64,000 bases of DNA. Source: Antedon mediterranea (lineage: Eukaryota > Animalia > Echinodermata). Below are positions 63,179-64,000 of the stretch, in pieces; positions within the stretch are counted from its first letter, which is position 1; each line of letters starts with the position of its first letter. The stretch spans positions 37,334,304 to 37,398,303 of the forward strand of contig NC_092671.1 of the NCBI RefSeq assembly GCF_964355755.1, given 5' to 3'. The position numbers and the translations under genes are program-made. A model generated the notes under the pieces. That model was not told where the DNA came from and made no database searches. It worked only from the letters and a program-made list of their open reading frames with translations.

Positions 63179-64000
63179 TAATAAAGGGTCCGAGGTTTGG
63201 ACAGAAGCTAATATAAACAGGCACACCAAAAGTAGATATAATTTGCTGTTTTTCATTTCTTGTTCATAAAATACTTCATACAGAAAAACTTAGCCAGCAG
63301 TATTTTATCTTTTACTGTATTTATTAAAACAAGGTTTCAAAACTATTTTTGTATATTTATATATTTACTAATTAATAGTATGTTTATCTAAATTTATATA
63401 CTTTTACAAATTTCACACTGAGTAAACAAATTGCAGCTAATTTTGCATGAAATAATATAAAAATAATACAAACTTTATTATTCAAAATGTATGTAAAGTA
63501 TGTTAAAAAGTATTTATTTTTATAAATATTTATCTTTATTAAGATAAATATTCATATTTAATTTTCTATATGAAATAACCTAGCCCACTAATAGACTGTT
63601 TATTTTATGTTATATATTTTTCTTACACCATTTTTAATGGAAGCAGTTTAATGCAGTAAATCTTGCTGAAAAAAAAAATCTGGTTTAACACTGAAATACT
63701 TTTATTCTTTATCTGTTTTATGATAATTCTTCACCACTTCCAGTATTAAATATATGTAGTATTTTGGTCTTTCGCTATAAATGGAATAGATGTGAACATA
63801 AAACCAAATAACACTAAATGTACTAAATATATATTTAGTACATTGATAATGCCAAATAGACAAGCCAAACAACTTTTTTACTACTCTTAATTTCAATTTC
63901 ACCAGAGAATTTACCGCATTTTTGTTCCCTTCCCTGTTCCACCTAAGATTTAAGTGGCTATATCTATTTATAATTTAATGCTTTAATACTTCTCCCATCA

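Overview
AT-rich, intron-containing eukaryotic DNA. It looks like an invertebrate, probably a deuterostome such as an echinoderm (inferred from vertebrate-like intron positions and frequent TAGGCCTA). Three spliced genes were rebuilt by hand with consistent GT-AG phases: V-ATPase subunit E (7 coding exons, minus strand, 226 aa), a mitochondrial glutamate carrier of the SLC25A18/22 type (8 coding exons, minus strand, ~330 aa), and an uncharacterised ~601-aa EF-hand protein (12 coding exons, plus strand). An intact Gypsy/Mag-type LTR retrotransposon with identical 139-bp LTRs sits in an intron of the EF-hand gene. The rest is dense with transposons: a decayed CR1/L2-type LINE, long-TIR foldback elements, many Harbinger-, Kolobok-, hAT- and Tc1-like MITEs, tRNA-derived repeats and three minisatellites. 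Three observations stand out. (1) A 5.9-kb Helentron-like block has four heads followed by four bodies, and its variants match in mirror order, as expected from repeated self-insertion into its own (TTTA)n tract. (2) A six-copy short repeat carries a minimal hammerhead-ribozyme core, and every intronic copy is antisense to its host gene. (3) Two minisatellites appear to derive from LINE 3' stem-loops. All coordinates were counted by eye and no database searches were run.
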